From Nitrosopumilaceae archaeon (GTDB lineage Archaea; Thermoproteota; Nitrososphaeria; Nitrososphaerales; Nitrosopumilaceae), in NCBI GenBank assembly GCA_035527875.1, contig DATKZR010000052.1, positions 6,431 to 38,430 of the forward strand: a stretch of DNA of 32,000 nucleotides. The letters run 5' to 3'. Below are positions 31,089 through 32,000 of the stretch, one piece after another. Every line of letters starts with the position of its first letter. Position 1 is the stretch's first letter. A program made the position numbers and the translations under genes. Under the pieces are notes generated by a model. It saw only the letters and a list, made by a program, of their open reading frames with translations, was not told the origin of the DNA and made no database searches.

Positions 31089-31583
31089 ATGAGCAAACCA
31101 GGAAATGCGTGGAGAAAAGTTCACGGTAAAATTACCAAAAGACCTACTAATTTTTCTTGGCTAATTGAAGAAAAACTAGCAGGCTCTGGAATGCCTACTA
31201 GTTTTGACGAGTTAAATTGGATTCTCCAGCAGGGCGTAAAATCTATTGTGACTATGACTGAAAACTCCTTACCTGAAAGTTGGGTAAGCGAAATTCGATA
31301 CTTGCACGTTCCTACACCAGATCTAACTGCTCCAGATATGGAGAAAATTGATATGGCAGTTGACTTTATTCATGAAAATATTATAGATAATCAAGCCGTG
31401 ATGGTTCATTGTGCGGCCGGAATGGGGAGAGCAGGGACCATTTTAGCATGTTATCTAGTAAAGTATCAGAAATATTCATCAAAAGATGCAATAAAAAAAA
31501 TACGACAAGAAAGGCCTGGATCTATTCAATCTGAAACACAAGAACTAGCAATTACTTTTTATCAAAAACATTTAGGAAATTAA
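31089..31583 (+). CDS. Dual-specificity / Cys-based protein phosphatase
   Basis: Active-site P-loop VHCAAGMGRAGT (HCx5R[ST]). ATG 31089 is preferred over ATG 31020 because AAAAATATAC lies about 25 nt upstream. Confidence 0.8.
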   Translation: MSKPGNAWRKVHGKITKRPTNFSWLIEEKLAGSGMPTSFDELNWILQQGVKSIVTMTENSLPESWVSEIRYLHVPTPDLTAPDMEKIDMAVDFIHENIIDNQAVMVHCAAGMGRAGTILACYLVKYQKYSSKDAIKKIRQERPGSIQSETQELAITFYQKHLGN

Positions 31584-31720
31584 ACAAATTCTGAAACTAG
31601 TTTTCCATCTACAACTTTGATTTGAAGGTTGTTATTTTCTTGAAATACTAAAGTCAAGACACCATCCGAATCTTCCACCTTTACCAATTCTTGCATTTTG
31701 ATTTGATCAAATTTTCCCAT
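31580..31720 (-). CDS. Small hypothetical protein (46 aa), tandem paralog 1
   Basis: Not in the ORF track (under 60 aa). Sequence MGKFDQIKMQELVKVEDSDGVLTLVFQENNNLQIKVVDGKLVSEFV*. Preceded by the SD-like GGTGAG 5 nt upstream. About one third identical to the adjacent mini-ORF. Confidence 0.5.
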   Translation of the reverse strand: MGKFDQIKMQELVKVEDSDGVLTLVFQENNNLQIKVVDGKLVSEFV

Positions 31721-31729
31721 ATTTCTCAC

Positions 31730-31882
31730 CTATTCTGGAATCGATACAGTTTCAATCTTTCCATCAACTGCCTTTATGAATAAAAACCTGTTGTCTTTAA
31801 AGATAAATGTAATCCCTCCTTCTTTATCTGGTTCTTCAACTTCAAGAATTATTTGTCCTAAAAGACCATCATATTTTGCCAT
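31730..31882 (-). CDS. Small hypothetical protein (50 aa), tandem paralog 2
   Basis: Not in the ORF track. Sequence MAKYDGLLGQIILEVEEPDKEGGITFIFKDNRFLFIKAVDGKIETVSIPE*. A TATA-like GATATAAGG lies about 25-30 nt upstream on the minus strand. Confidence 0.5.
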   Translation of the reverse strand: MAKYDGLLGQIILEVEEPDKEGGITFIFKDNRFLFIKAVDGKIETVSIPE

Positions 31883-32000
31883 ATGAAATCTTCATAAAAG
31901 TCCCTTATATCCCTAATTGAACAATGATTTTTATTAATTCCTTAGCAGAAATTAAATAATAACAAAAAATTAATTTATAGTGATTTCCATCTCTTTGGAA

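Noticed and set aside
1-32000. Genomic island, mobile element, prophage, defence system, CRISPR array, tRNA or rRNA genes.
   Set aside because: I saw no integrase, transposase, recombinase, Cas, restriction, toxin-antitoxin or phage-like ORF. There are no long terminal, direct or spaced repeats, and no GC-rich structured patches of tRNA/rRNA type in the AT-rich background. Composition and gene density look uniform across the window.

Overview
This is a visibly AT-rich, very gene-dense archaeal chromosomal segment with about 40 protein genes and short or overlapping spacers. I recognised no rRNA, tRNA, CRISPR array, transposase or integrase. The gene content fits an ammonia-oxidising thaumarchaeon of the Nitrosopumilus type, but that taxonomic call is inference. 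Supporting features are an archaeal class I CCA-adding enzyme, several secreted cupredoxins and a lamin-tail-domain surface protein. The gene syntax agrees: A/T-rich TATA-like boxes sit about 25-30 nt upstream of start codons, implying leaderless or short-leader mRNAs, and many genes use TTG/GTG starts.

Layout:
1. 1-1847: RNA-end maturation genes (cca, thpR, a UPF0200/UPF0201-like pair).
2. 1933-5253: secreted and surface proteins.
3. 5504-8973: a tight minus-strand operon of prs, a THUMP tRNA methyltransferase, RNase Z and a Sir2 deacylase.
4. 9018-13795: an MscS channel divergent from a KamA-family radical-SAM aminomutase followed by glutamine synthetase.
5. 13884-17129: an anchored surface protein, an APC permease, a frameshifted yjbQ and a cupredoxin.
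6. 17238-25630: a stress/signalling island. It holds two paralogous divergent CBS/USP gene pairs that share a 23-nt promoter-operator block, an ArsR-type regulator, a divergent MDH/LDH-family dehydrogenase with no canonical start codon, and a VIT1 transporter. It also holds a J-domain protein with HSD instead of HPD, a Cache-HAMP class III nucleotide cyclase and a PII-like protein.
7. 25752-32000: a cupredoxin, a 7Fe-type ferredoxin, a degenerate RecA-like protein, a class V PLP enzyme and a stand-alone RAM protein. These are followed by a cyclase/formamidase-family protein, an AmmeMemoRadiSam radical SAM enzyme, a dual-specificity phosphatase and two tandem paralogous mini-genes absent from the ORF track.

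The best candidates for something undescribed are:
- the KamA-like/GS/MscS module, a possible beta-glutamate/beta-glutamine osmolyte route;
- the cyclase-centred island of adenine-nucleotide-binding proteins;
- the recurring 37-aa Trp-rich module on secreted proteins.

All functional ideas come from by-eye motif reading. No searches or computations were run.
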